Virus record (IMG/VR): IMGVR_UViG_3300033145_000767
Coordinates: 1-64,000 of that record
Direction: 5' to 3' (one strand)
Length of the DNA: 64,000 bases
Source: a virus
Position numbers and translations under genes: made by a program. The notes under the pieces were generated by a model. It was not told the DNA's origin. It searched no databases and worked only from the letters and a program-made list of their open reading frames with translations. This document shows positions 7,857 to 18,057 of the stretch, in pieces; position 1 is the stretch's first letter, and each line of letters begins with the position of its first letter.

Positions 7857-7878
7857 TAACAAGTAAGAAAGGAATATT

Positions 7879-8265
7879 ATGTTTACTTTAATTAGTGTTA
7901 TTCTAATGATAGTTTTTGGGATATATTGTGTTATTCATGGGTTTTTCTTTGAAAGCGGATATGACCATTCTGGGACTATCCTCCTTGGTGTAGTAATTCT
8001 AATAGTCGGAGTAATGGCTATTGGTTTTAGTTACTACGAAAATATAGTAACTGCCCCACATGAATATACCTATTATAAAACTGTTGTTAAGGAAACAAAA
8101 GAAGTATTAAACTTATCTGCTGGGAAGCAGATTGAATTAAAAGATATTGAAATGGGAAAACAAATATCTAATGTTATAAAAGATTTAAGGAATTTTGAAA
8201 AGGGTATACAAATTAAAAAGGTTAGTCCTTTTACAATATTTAAGCCTACTATAGTAATTGACTAG
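7879..8265 (+). CDS. Membrane protein (2 TM)
   Basis: Two N-terminal hydrophobic helices. Confidence 0.7.
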   Translation: MFTLISVILMIVFGIYCVIHGFFFESGYDHSGTILLGVVILIVGVMAIGFSYYENIVTAPHEYTYYKTVVKETKEVLNLSAGKQIELKDIEMGKQISNVIKDLRNFEKGIQIKKVSPFTIFKPTIVID

Positions 8266-8280
8266 ATATTCCAAAGGAAT

Positions 8281-8405
8281 GTATAAGGCTGTTTAAGGGC
8301 TTTATTTTTAGGGTATATAGTACTTTATACCTCTATAAAGGGGGCTTAAACAGGCTTAAAACAGGCTTAAAACAGGCTATATTATAGGCTATAATACATT
8401 ACAGG
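8281..8405. repeat. ~11-bp periodic intergenic element (AAAACAGGCTT units), member of a dispersed family
   Basis: Tandem CAGGCTTAAAA repeats flanking a central AGGGTATA-N8-TATACCT palindrome. Confidence 0.7.
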
Positions 8406-8431
8406 CAAGCACAACAGAAAGGCCCTAAGGA

Positions 8432-8824
8432 ATGAAATTACTTTTTGTATATGGAACTTTAAAGCGCGGTTTCCAACTTAATGGCTATTTAAAAAAGGCT
8501 AGATATTTACAGGATGTTACACTACAAGGTTATACATTATTCCTATATACTAGGCTTAATTTTGCTTACCCATATATGATGAAATCATCAGAGGATGATT
8601 ATGTGAGTGGGGAATTGTGGGAAGTATCAGATTATTCTTTTGCACAAACTAAACTCATGGAATGTCGGGCAGGGTACTGGCATTGTGAATTTAATTCTGA
8701 CATGGGAGTAATAAACTCTTTCATAGTACAAAGGAAATTTCGTAAGGCAGATGAATGTATAGGTAATAATTTTACTAAGGAAATGCAAGATAAGGAGGGT
8801 GTGTATGCCCACAGTAAAAAATAG
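8432..8824 (+). CDS. Gamma-glutamylcyclotransferase (AIG2-like)
   Basis: LFVYGTLKRG...VSGELWEV. Confidence 0.9.
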   Translation: MKLLFVYGTLKRGFQLNGYLKKARYLQDVTLQGYTLFLYTRLNFAYPYMMKSSEDDYVSGELWEVSDYSFAQTKLMECRAGYWHCEFNSDMGVINSFIVQRKFRKADECIGNNFTKEMQDKEGVYAHSKK

Positions 8825-10121
8825 GGGTATTAAGTTAAAAGCAGGTATGAATGTAACTTGCACTATAGATGAAACACATATTCCCAAAGCTAAAATTCAA
8901 TTACAGGATGGGATGTTTTTTATATGTCAAAACAAAAAGAATGGTTCTATGTGCATAGATAGAATGGGATTTAGCTATTCTTGGGCAATAGGAACTGAGA
9001 AAACTCGTGATATACTTTTTCCTGATGAAGTAAAAAACTTGCGTGTTGTTCCCAACAATGGTAAAAATTATTTTACAGAGTGCTTGAACTGTGGGGTAGA
9101 CCTTAAAAGAAAAACAAGCAATTCAGGTTACTGTAAGGAGTGTTTAACAAGTTATAGGCTACATAAGTGCTATAAATGTGGGAAATATTATAGGAACATC
9201 CTAAGATATAATGCATGTGATAAAAGAGTATGTGAAAAATGCATCCCTACCTTACCTAAATGTTTTATATGTGGTATACATATTATCCCTAGATATAAAC
9301 TTTCTACTGGGGAGTTTTGTTGTACTTCTTGTAAGCATATGGAATTTGGTGTTACTCATGGGCATTTTAATAACTTTTCTAGGATGAAACATGAGGGTAA
9401 TGAAAAGAATTATATAGGATTTGAACTAGAGCTGGAGGTAAAAGAAAAACTAAGGCTTGCTTATCGGGGGAAAAATAAGTATAGTAGAGGTGGAGGTGTA
9501 CATTACTCTATAGGCTCTATGTTTATGATGATATTTGAAAAATTAGGGATAAAAAATCAGATATTCTCCGCAACTGATGGCTCACTATCTTGTGGGATTG
9601 AATTCCAGTCAGCCCCTTGTACCTATGCTTATCTAACAAAAAGATTCCCTTTAAAAAAATTCTTTATTCACTTAAAAAAATATTTTTCTTCCTTAAACTC
9701 TTGTGGGTTACATTTTCATATGAGTAGGGAAACACTTACTAATAATGATATATCTAAGCTATTTTTATTTATAGATAATAATAAAGATATACTTTGGAAA
9801 TTATCTTTAAGGGGTAGAAGTGATTATTGCAGCCCTTATACCTTAGATTTTGACTGGAAGAGAAATAAGTTTACCTCCAGTAAACACCTAGCCCTAAATG
9901 TATGCCAACATACTGTGGAGTTCAGGCTATTTAAAGCCCCTGAGACTTTTAAGGATTTTATGGTTGCCCTACAATTTACTAATCTTATGAGGATATTTGT
10001 TCAAGGTAATAGTAAATCCTCTTTTGTACATAGAAACAGATGGGAAGATTTTAAATCAATGGCTAAAGTATACGGATATAACTACTTACTAGAAGGCATA
10101 AAGGAAAGGTGTTCACAATGA
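8799..10121 (+). CDS. Putative amidoligase (COOH-NH2 ligase fold) with N-terminal CxxC repeats
   Basis: GFELELE, TDGSL, GIEFQSAP, CGLHFH, TVEFRLF. Confidence 0.8.
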   Translation: MCMPTVKNRGIKLKAGMNVTCTIDETHIPKAKIQLQDGMFFICQNKKNGSMCIDRMGFSYSWAIGTEKTRDILFPDEVKNLRVVPNNGKNYFTECLNCGVDLKRKTSNSGYCKECLTSYRLHKCYKCGKYYRNILRYNACDKRVCEKCIPTLPKCFICGIHIIPRYKLSTGEFCCTSCKHMEFGVTHGHFNNFSRMKHEGNEKNYIGFELELEVKEKLRLAYRGKNKYSRGGGVHYSIGSMFMMIFEKLGIKNQIFSATDGSLSCGIEFQSAPCTYAYLTKRFPLKKFFIHLKKYFSSLNSCGLHFHMSRETLTNNDISKLFLFIDNNKDILWKLSLRGRSDYCSPYTLDFDWKRNKFTSSKHLALNVCQHTVEFRLFKAPETFKDFMVALQFTNLMRIFVQGNSKSSFVHRNRWEDFKSMAKVYGYNYLLEGIKERCSQ

Positions 10122-11137
10122 AATGTTTTATCTGCGGGGAAAGAGAAAGCTGCAAAAAAGTGGATGGTAAAAGTTTATGTTATGAATGTCGTAACTATTC
10201 TTCCAGCACTTTTAAGTGTTTCCAATGTAATGAGGTTCATCTTACGGAAAATGCTGGGTATACTAGTTGTGATGATGAATCTATGTGTACTAAATGTTTA
10301 GGTATGAAGCAGGAAGACTTTAAAATAATTGAGGATTATAACTATGTACCTAGGAGATACACCTTTTATAAAGAAAAAGGGGAAAGACACCCTTTATTCA
10401 TGGGGTTTGAACTAGAGCTGGAAAGCATAGAGGATGAGGTAGATGATTCACTTATAAAATTAAATAAATTTATATATAAAGAGGAAATATCTAAATACTT
10501 TTATATAAAAAGTGATTCATCCATAGATTATGGGTTTGAAATTGTAAGCTTCCCTGCAACACTTAAGTATATGAAAAAACATTATAAATTGGATAAACTT
10601 TGTAAATTTTTACAAACTATAATGAAGGCGGATGATACCTGTGGTTTCCATGTTCATATACCTAGGAAGACTTTAGCTGTTAAGGAACTTGTTGCCCTGC
10701 AACATTTTGCATATGTTAATAGGGAAGAATTATTTAGTCTTAGTGGGAGAAGGGCAGAGTGGTTTTTATCCACAGATAGGGATGTAAAGGAGGTTTTAAA
10801 AACAGCGGATTGTTTTAGTTTCGTTGAAGTAACAAAAGAGGACATAAGTAAAAGTAAACTTTATAATTATAAATATATAGCCATAGCTCCTAGAGCACAA
10901 ACTATAGAATTTAGATTTTTTGGGAGTAGTTTAAATTCAAAACAAATAAACAACAACTTCCAAGTAATACAAAGTCTAATATCCTATTGCAAAGCTACTA
11001 AGCCTAAAGTAATAGGGGATTACCCTGAATTTAAGCATTTTGAAAAGTTTTTATTAAGGAACGAAAAGTTTGATGCTATTAAACCAATTATTAAAGAGGC
11101 AGGAGAAAAATTATTATGGGGTGTTCACACATATTAG
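10109..11137 (+). CDS. Putative amidoligase, second paralogue
   Basis: GFELELE, SDSSI, GFEIVSFP, CGFHVH, TIEFRFF. Confidence 0.8.
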   Translation: MFTMKCFICGERESCKKVDGKSLCYECRNYSSSTFKCFQCNEVHLTENAGYTSCDDESMCTKCLGMKQEDFKIIEDYNYVPRRYTFYKEKGERHPLFMGFELELESIEDEVDDSLIKLNKFIYKEEISKYFYIKSDSSIDYGFEIVSFPATLKYMKKHYKLDKLCKFLQTIMKADDTCGFHVHIPRKTLAVKELVALQHFAYVNREELFSLSGRRAEWFLSTDRDVKEVLKTADCFSFVEVTKEDISKSKLYNYKYIAIAPRAQTIEFRFFGSSLNSKQINNNFQVIQSLISYCKATKPKVIGDYPEFKHFEKFLLRNEKFDAIKPIIKEAGEKLLWGVHTY

Positions 11138-11547
11138 GAACTATGCCACAATGTAAGCACAGAATTTTTGAGGATAGGTGTATTTATTGCACAGGGGCAT
11201 GGCGGGAAATATTTACTCATGCATTACATCATATGTGTACTGAATCTATGGATTATAATTTAAGTGATAGTCTGGAAGCCCTTATTCAAAGGACTGAGGT
11301 ATTAGCAACAAGGGATGAAGATGTCTATGTAGATTCGGAGTTACAGTACATACTTAGGTGTTTCAGAGGAGTTAATTTATATGATTTTGAAAGCCTAGCA
11401 ATAATTGCAGAAAGGTGTGGAAGGTCTATTTTGGATATAATATATATTCAATCAAATTATTATGGTAAAGAGGAAGTTAAACATTTTAATTTAAGGCTAA
11501 GGTTTTTGGAGAAAAAATACAAAAAAAAGGAGGTAATAAGTGCTTAA
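11116..11547 (+). CDS. Hypothetical protein, paralogue of 5251-5670
   Basis: CKH...CIYCTG; YVDSELQYIL. Confidence 0.6.
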   Translation: MGCSHILGTMPQCKHRIFEDRCIYCTGAWREIFTHALHHMCTESMDYNLSDSLEALIQRTEVLATRDEDVYVDSELQYILRCFRGVNLYDFESLAIIAERCGRSILDIIYIQSNYYGKEEVKHFNLRLRFLEKKYKKKEVISA

Positions 11548-13483
11548 AATAGGCAGTAGAGTTATTAATAAATCAGGTAATTGCTCCTCGTGGGAAAGCC
11601 CTGTATGGGGAGAAAGAAGGCAGGGTAAAGTAATTGGAACAGTAGTCCAGATAAATAAGAATGGCACACTAAGAGTATTTTGGGATAATCATATAGGTGG
11701 ATTAAGTAGCCGTTCTTACTGTATTTCCAATCAACATATAGTTGAAGTAAAACCCCTAATGATTCCTTTAGGTATTGAAATTTATCTTAAAGATTATGTA
11801 GACTTTCCTGAACATGAAGGTATATATGGTACAGTAGTTCTAAGGAGTGCAAGACTTGGGGTTAAAGTAAAATTTGGAAGAATATCTAAATATGTTAATA
11901 TAAATAATATAGTCCCAAAATCTAATGATATACATAGTAGTTGTATCTATTGTGGGGAGAAGTTAGTAAAGGGAAAAGATAACATTGTATTTTTGAATGG
12001 ATTCTTTGCACATAAATACTGTTCCACTAAATGTATTCATTGTGGGTTAAAAAAAGATATAGTAGTTAGTAAGGATGAGATACATCCTATGAGAAATTTT
12101 TGTGATAGATGTGCTAAAAAACATTATTACTTTAAGTGTGCTATCTGTAAGGAAGTGCAGTATAAGGATGGAATGTTAAAGATACACACAGGGGAGTATT
12201 TTTGTTCTACTTGCATGGAAGAACATATAAGTAATTGTCAGCATTGTGGAGAAGCTGAGTTAAAGGATTCATTAATTTTGATAGGGGGTAGAAAAATATG
12301 TAGGGGTTGTCAAAGGTACATCCAATCATGCAGTATATGTGATGATAAAACAGTACAAGGATCTGAGTTTGATAGGGTTATATACTGCCCTAAGTGTAGG
12401 AAAAAACACTTTGGGGATTGTAGTAGATGTGGTCGTAACCTCCCTACAGGTTCTTTATCAGATTTTACTTTAAATGAGGAAGAATATAAGAAAGTATGTG
12501 CACATTGTAGGAGTAGATTAGAGGAAGACCTTTATATACATAGGTGGAATTATAAGCCTAACAGATACTATTATAGCAAAATGAAATATGATAAAAATCC
12601 CCTTTACTTAGGGTTGGAACTTGAAGTAGAATTACCTAATTGTACCGCTGGGGAAGGGGCAAAAGAAACTATAAAGGCTATTGAATCCTTTGGGGCTAGC
12701 AAATATTTTTATCTAAAACAGGACGGTTCTCTTAGTAGAGGACATAGTTTTGAACTAGTGGGGCAACCTGCAACCCTAGCATTTATAGGAAATAACTATA
12801 AGATATATAATCTATTAAACTTCTTTAAGGAAAAAGGTTATGACTGTGAAACAACTGGACAATGTGGTCTACATGTTCATGTATCTAATAAAGATTTATC
12901 TTTTAGGGATGTAGCAAAAATAAAGATGTTTATATGGAAGCATAAGAATATCCTTGATATATTTGGTAATAAAACTGCATCCTCACAGCAGAGGTATGCA
13001 AAGTATGAACCATATACAATTAAGGAATTTAAGAAAAAATATATGGTAAATTATATTCATACAAAATATATGGCGTGTAACCTAACAAATAATACTTTGG
13101 AATTTAGATTTTGGAAGGCTACATTTGACCACCTAAGATTCCTTGCAACACTATCCTTTAGTGAGGCTATAACCTACTATGTTAAAGATACATCCTTAGC
13201 AAAGATACATTATGGGAAGTTTGGTGATTTTGTTCAGTGGCTGTACAAATCGGAGTATTATCACTTAGTTAAATACTTTAACCTATTAAAACTTTCAGAA
13301 AAAGAGGAAGAGTATATAAAAAATCCGCCTAAAGAAAAAAAGGAAACAAAGAAACAAGAGGCCGTTTGGGACGGGTTTGTTACTAGGAGAGATATTCGTG
13401 TGGAAGTTGAGAGAGTAGAGGAAGTAGGCTATGCAAACCCTATATTTGTACATGAAGAAGAACCTTGTGAGGATGAAGGTTAA
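11540..13483 (+). CDS. Putative amidoligase, third paralogue, with long CxxC array
   Basis: GLELEVE, QDGSL, FELVGQP, CGLHVH, TLEFRFW; more than 10 CxxC motifs. Confidence 0.85.
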   Translation: MLKIGSRVINKSGNCSSWESPVWGERRQGKVIGTVVQINKNGTLRVFWDNHIGGLSSRSYCISNQHIVEVKPLMIPLGIEIYLKDYVDFPEHEGIYGTVVLRSARLGVKVKFGRISKYVNINNIVPKSNDIHSSCIYCGEKLVKGKDNIVFLNGFFAHKYCSTKCIHCGLKKDIVVSKDEIHPMRNFCDRCAKKHYYFKCAICKEVQYKDGMLKIHTGEYFCSTCMEEHISNCQHCGEAELKDSLILIGGRKICRGCQRYIQSCSICDDKTVQGSEFDRVIYCPKCRKKHFGDCSRCGRNLPTGSLSDFTLNEEEYKKVCAHCRSRLEEDLYIHRWNYKPNRYYYSKMKYDKNPLYLGLELEVELPNCTAGEGAKETIKAIESFGASKYFYLKQDGSLSRGHSFELVGQPATLAFIGNNYKIYNLLNFFKEKGYDCETTGQCGLHVHVSNKDLSFRDVAKIKMFIWKHKNILDIFGNKTASSQQRYAKYEPYTIKEFKKKYMVNYIHTKYMACNLTNNTLEFRFWKATFDHLRFLATLSFSEAITYYVKDTSLAKIHYGKFGDFVQWLYKSEYYHLVKYFNLLKLSEKEEEYIKNPPKEKKETKKQEAVWDGFVTRRDIRVEVERVEEVGYANPIFVHEEEPCEDEG

Positions 13484-13511
13484 ACAGGCGATATAACTAG
13501 GAGGATAAAAT

Positions 13512-14540
13512 ATGTGTATGATTTGCGTTAAACCCAAAGGGATAGAGTTTCCCCCAGAAGAACACCTATTAAATTCAGAGAATAGAAATAAGGATGGTAT
13601 AGGTATAGCCTATACAAAGTACATTAAAAATAAAAAAGGAACTACAGTAGTAATTAAAAAGGATTTTAAAGATGCTAAGGATTGTTATGCATGGATGAAG
13701 AAAAATCTTAAAGTAGAGCAGTCTATTATTATCCACCAAAGGTTAGGTACATCAGGCTTATCAGATGAAGGAACAAGACACCCCTTCCCTGTAACAACTG
13801 AATGTGAAATAATGAGGGAAGCAAATCAAAAATGCCCTATAGCCTTTGCTCATAATGGGATATTCTCTGGGCATGGTTCGGATAAAAAGTATAGTGATAG
13901 TATGTTAGTGCTATCAAAGTTCTTTGGAACATTAGGTAATTTAATATTCAACAATGAAAGTGTAAGGGAATTAGTACTAGAATTTGTTGGAAACTTTAAT
14001 AAAATTGTTTTTCTAAAGGCATCTGGAAAAGTTGCAATATTTGGTAGTGGCTGGATAGAACATCCTAATGGTTGTTTATATTCTAATGAAAACTATAGCT
14101 ACACAGTTGTAAAGAAAAAAGCTTATACCCCAACAAATACTTGGGATTCAAGGTCAACATCTAAACCACAATATAATAACCAACAGGGTTGTCTTCCTTA
14201 CTATGGTAAACCTCCTTCAGGACAGCCTAAGAAAAAATATCATTGTGATATGTGTCAACAAGGGAAAAAATCTAAATGGCGTGGAGATTTAGAAATGTAT
14301 GTGTGTTCCAAATGCTACAAATCTATTCACAATGAGGCTACAAAGGATGTACCTATGCTTTCAAGTAGTACCTTGATGTGTCATTACTGTGGAAGTAATC
14401 ATGGTGTGTGGAGATTTGAAATAAAAGAAAATTCATGTAGTAAATGCTTCAGGAATCAACTATGGTTTAAAAATAAGTTAAATGAATTAGAAGCAGGAAT
14501 AATTGACACTACAGGTAAAGTAATAAATGGGAGGAAATGA
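13512..14540 (+). CDS. Class II (Ntn) glutamine amidotransferase with C-terminal Zn ribbons
   Basis: N-terminal MC, NKDGIG, HQRLGTSG, HPF, HNG, SDS. Confidence 0.9.
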   Translation: MCMICVKPKGIEFPPEEHLLNSENRNKDGIGIAYTKYIKNKKGTTVVIKKDFKDAKDCYAWMKKNLKVEQSIIIHQRLGTSGLSDEGTRHPFPVTTECEIMREANQKCPIAFAHNGIFSGHGSDKKYSDSMLVLSKFFGTLGNLIFNNESVRELVLEFVGNFNKIVFLKASGKVAIFGSGWIEHPNGCLYSNENYSYTVVKKKAYTPTNTWDSRSTSKPQYNNQQGCLPYYGKPPSGQPKKKYHCDMCQQGKKSKWRGDLEMYVCSKCYKSIHNEATKDVPMLSSSTLMCHYCGSNHGVWRFEIKENSCSKCFRNQLWFKNKLNELEAGIIDTTGKVINGRK

Positions 14541-14965
14541 TGATACAAATAAGTAATAGAGATGTATTACAAAGGAGAGTGTTAGAATTAATGCTCTCGG
14601 AGGGCATTAAAGATTTAAAAACAGTTATGGATATTGTATATGCAGAATACGCATATACTAAGGATGCCCTAGTAAATGCCATTTATGATTTATCCACCAA
14701 ATGGTTTATAGAAACAGGTCGGGGAGGTTATAGTGAACCTGATGGAATCTATACTAGGTATCAAGTTATTATGTTTGATAAAAAAGGTAATGTGGAGTCT
14801 ACCCCTATATTTAAAGATGCGGATGATGCCTTAGATATGTATTCAATATGGAGAGATAAGCATATTTTTAATAGATGTAGGGTTGCAAAAATTGACACTC
14901 TCCATAGTAAAATACTAGATGTGTTATTAGATGATTTTGAAGTAGAGGAAGGGGATGATAAATAA
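14537..14965 (+). CDS. Hypothetical protein
   Basis: Coupled ORF within the ligase cluster. Confidence 0.65.
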   Translation: MMIQISNRDVLQRRVLELMLSEGIKDLKTVMDIVYAEYAYTKDALVNAIYDLSTKWFIETGRGGYSEPDGIYTRYQVIMFDKKGNVESTPIFKDADDALDMYSIWRDKHIFNRCRVAKIDTLHSKILDVLLDDFEVEEGDDK

Positions 14966-15696
14966 TGAGGATAGTGATGGCACAAGGCGGATGCAAGACA
15001 GCAAAACGATTATCAAAGGTTATAGGATGTCCTGCTAGGTATGGTCTTCCAAAAAAGAAAAAAGTATTTGTTGTTTCCTATGGAAGGGTACTACCTCAAG
15101 CAAATCTTAATAAAAGCATTATACCAAATAAAAGAAAAGCCTTAGAAATCCTTGAGAATAACGGGATAGGTGTGCCTAAAGTTATTGGTAAGCATGAAAT
15201 AAATAATTACCCTGAAGGAGAATTCCCTGTATTAGGTAGAAAAAATCATCATGCTAAAGGTCGGGATATTGTGTTTATAAAAACAAAAGCAGGCCTTGCG
15301 GAAGTTGATAAATCTAACATAGATTATTATGTAAAGTATATTCCTAAATGGGCAGAGTACAGGGTTCATGTCTTAGGTGGAGTAGCAAAGGTAGTTGCTG
15401 TTAAGATACATGATAATAAAGAGGAAGTAAAAAAGCAACCTGTATGGAACTATGATAGTGGCTGGAAACAATTCACTTACAATGGGGGGCATGAACAAAC
15501 CCTTAAAGAATTAGGAGAAAAAGTTATAGAAATTTTAGGTTATGACTTTGGGGCTATAGATATAATAAGAAAAGGTAGGGATTATTATGTGCTTGAAGTT
15601 AATTCAGCTCCAGCTTTAATACCAGAAAGACAAGAAGTGTATGCTAATTATTTTAAAGAAACAGAAAGAGTATGGAAATTAAACGGTAGGAGATAA
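14965..15696 (+). CDS. ATP-grasp ligase (RimK/YheC-D-like)
   Basis: EYRVHV, DFGAIDI, VLEVNSAP. Confidence 0.9.
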   Translation: MRIVMAQGGCKTAKRLSKVIGCPARYGLPKKKKVFVVSYGRVLPQANLNKSIIPNKRKALEILENNGIGVPKVIGKHEINNYPEGEFPVLGRKNHHAKGRDIVFIKTKAGLAEVDKSNIDYYVKYIPKWAEYRVHVLGGVAKVVAVKIHDNKEEVKKQPVWNYDSGWKQFTYNGGHEQTLKELGEKVIEILGYDFGAIDIIRKGRDYYVLEVNSAPALIPERQEVYANYFKETERVWKLNGRR

Positions 15697-15697
15697 G

Positions 15698-15934
15698 ATG
15701 ATACAAGCCCCAAAAGAACTTAAAGAAATACACACAAGGAAAAGTTTAAATAGAGGTTGGAAAGTATACTCTTTTAAAGGCAGGGAAGCTGCAGTAAGAG
15801 AACTTAGGAGTACTGATAGGGTACAATTTAATTTTTGTAATCATTGTAATAATAAAGGGGTGTATTTAATCATAGAACTATGGGATATTAAAAGCCACGT
15901 GCAGGAAGTGTGGGCTTGGTGCGGTAAGTGCTAA
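15698..15934 (+). CDS. Zn-ribbon protein
   Basis: CNHC...WCGKC. Confidence 0.65.
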   Translation: MIQAPKELKEIHTRKSLNRGWKVYSFKGREAAVRELRSTDRVQFNFCNHCNNKGVYLIIELWDIKSHVQEVWAWCGKC

Positions 15935-15939
15935 ATGGG

Positions 15940-16085
15940 GTATATTTTAACCTATAGTATAGGCTTATAACAGGCTATCTTAGAGGGGGTCTTATTAAGG
16001 TATAGACAAGCATATACCCTCTATAAAAGGGCCTTAAAACAGGCCCTAAGGGGCTTATTTAAGGCTATTATATAAGCCTATAACA
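15940..16085. repeat. ~11-bp periodic intergenic element
   Basis: Phased AGGC/AAAA units around AGGTATA-N8-TATACCC. Confidence 0.65.
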
Positions 16086-16113
16086 TACAATAACATATAA
16101 TACAAGGAATATT

Positions 16114-16386
16114 ATGAAAAAAGCTAAAGGATTCTTATATAGGGTTAGTAAAATAGTTCCTATATGGCTATGGTGTGCATATCTGGGGGGAAAGGACTTT
16201 AGTAAATACCTCCTAATACATCTAGGTAAATTACTTTTTGAAATACTTAAAAGAATTATCCTAGCAATACTAATAATTTTAGGTGGGGATACTTTCTTGT
16301 TTACCATATATGAACCAGAGGAATATTATAAACCTATTAAAAAGGGTAAAGTAAAATATGTCAAAGGCAGCATGAAAATAATCTAA
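16114..16386 (+). CDS. Hypothetical protein
   Basis: ORF with AAGGA RBS. Confidence 0.5.
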   Translation: MKKAKGFLYRVSKIVPIWLWCAYLGGKDFSKYLLIHLGKLLFEILKRIILAILIILGGDTFLFTIYEPEEYYKPIKKGKVKYVKGSMKII

Positions 16387-16395
16387 GGAGGAATA

Positions 16396-16563
16396 ATGAA
16401 AGCTACTAGAGAACCTGGCGAATGTAAAGTAATGTTTTGTGGATGTACTCATAAGTATCAGGATGAAAAGTATGGGCATCAAATGAGGATGCACAATGCT
16501 GGAAAAGGTATGGGTAATAGTTATACTTATAAATGTACTGTTTGTGGAACTAAGAAAATATAA
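16396..16563 (+). CDS. Small Zn-binding protein
   Basis: AAGGAGG RBS; CGCTH.YQD..YG...RMHN...CTVCG. Confidence 0.7.
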   Translation: MKATREPGECKVMFCGCTHKYQDEKYGHQMRMHNAGKGMGNSYTYKCTVCGTKKI

Positions 16564-16952
16564 AGGGGGGACAATATGGAAGACAAAATTAAAAACAGGA
16601 TAATGGTAGAAGGTCTAAGTAAGATTGTAAAATTGGAATTAAATGATACTTCATCTATAGAAAATTTAGCAAGTATGGTAGAACATTTACAGTCCATAGC
16701 TAAAGGCATATTAAAAAAGGTAGGTGTATAAAATGGAACTGCACAAAAATAATATATTTGCATTAGCTGAAAGACAGTTAATAAAAGAGTATGGGGAGAA
16801 GTTTCCTCCAGCAATGATTATAGATTATGCTGTTAAGATAAGATACTTCATGGATAGAAATGCTAAGTTTGCAAAGTATACCTTAGAAGGTGGAGAGATA
16901 TCCATACAAGGTTTAAGATACCATAATATATTGATAAGATGAGGGAGGATAT

Positions 16953-17138
16953 ATGTTAAAGGAACAAGTTACAAATATGGTTGATAGATTATTTGAGAGT
17001 GAATTTGGAAGTAATAACTTAATAATACATTGTTATCTTAACTTCCTAGAAAGTTCCTTATTAGCAGGAAACATATTTATATGTAGATATAGAGTAAAGT
17101 TTCTAGGGAAAGCAGATAAGGCTGTAACAATGCACTAA
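16953..17138 (+). CDS. Hypothetical protein
   Basis: GGGAGG RBS. Confidence 0.6.
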   Translation: MLKEQVTNMVDRLFESEFGSNNLIIHCYLNFLESSLLAGNIFICRYRVKFLGKADKAVTMH

Positions 17139-17150
17139 AAGGAGTATAGG

Positions 17151-17453
17151 ATGAATAAAAAATGTAGTGATTGTCCGTTTATGATTAACATTAAGGAGGA
17201 AGCTTATGCGTTATTTAGCAATAGGTGTCCTAAATGTGGAGCAGATTTAGTGCCTAGTAAGCTATCTACAATGAATGATTTGGGTTTAGTAGATAGGGTA
17301 AAACATTCAATCAACAAATGGTTTGGGGAACTAGGTATAGAAGGTACATTAGAAATGCTGGAGACAGGGGATAATTTCCCTCATTCAGAATTATTCTATG
17401 CAGAGTTATTTAGTAGAGGACTTAAAATAAGGGTAAAGAAAGCAGGGGGATAA
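17151..17453 (+). CDS. Zn-ribbon protein
   Basis: CSDC...CPKCG. Confidence 0.65.
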   Translation: MNKKCSDCPFMINIKEEAYALFSNRCPKCGADLVPSKLSTMNDLGLVDRVKHSINKWFGELGIEGTLEMLETGDNFPHSELFYAELFSRGLKIRVKKAGG

Positions 17454-17808
17454 GATGATACTGTGTATGGAATGTAAACAACCTGTTACTGAATGTAAAG
17501 GCGGATATTTTTGTGTAAACCCTGAATGTCCCTGCTATGTTGTAGCAATATTAAAGGGGGAACAAGTGTATAGGGAAGATAACCCTGTGGAATTTTTACT
17601 AGAAAGCTAAAAGAATGAGGAGGATATTATGGTTTGGTTAGGAATATATATACTAGGGGCAATTATAAGTGCAGGGGGGGTATTAGGTTATGAATATTAT
17701 AAGAATAATAGTACACTTGGGGAATCATTAGTTATGTCTATAACATTTGGTTTAATATCTTGGGTTGGAGTTATAGCCTTAATAGTGAAAGAATCCAGTT
17801 AGTTGAAA

Positions 17809-17829
17809 TTTCATACCTTATGGTATAAT
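17809..17829 (+). promoter_or_regulatory. Phage promoter class TTTCAT-N6-TGnTATA(A/C)T
   Basis: Same motif and spacing at 22583, 36671 and 48549. Confidence 0.65.
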
Positions 17830-17848
17830 TGTATTAGAGGGGGATATT

Positions 17849-18046
17849 ATGAGTAAGAGGAATGTTAAACATTTAATTGCAATCTTAGAAAATAATGGGT
17901 ACCAGTATTATATTGCTGGTATGGTTATACATTATGGCAAAGAAAAATATGATAAGAGAATGGGATGTGATTATATCCATATAGTAGGCGGAGAAATAGA
18001 TTATGCAAAAGGATTTTTAAAAATAGTTAATAAGATAACTAATTAA
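17849..18046 (+). CDS. Hypothetical protein
   Basis: First ORF after the promoter. Confidence 0.6.
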   Translation: MSKRNVKHLIAILENNGYQYYIAGMVIHYGKEKYDKRMGCDYIHIVGGEIDYAKGFLKIVNKITN

Positions 18047-18057
18047 AGAAGGGAAGA

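Noticed and set aside
8281-8405. CRISPR array
   Set aside because: Repeats are 11-bp tandem units without unique spacers; no cas genes
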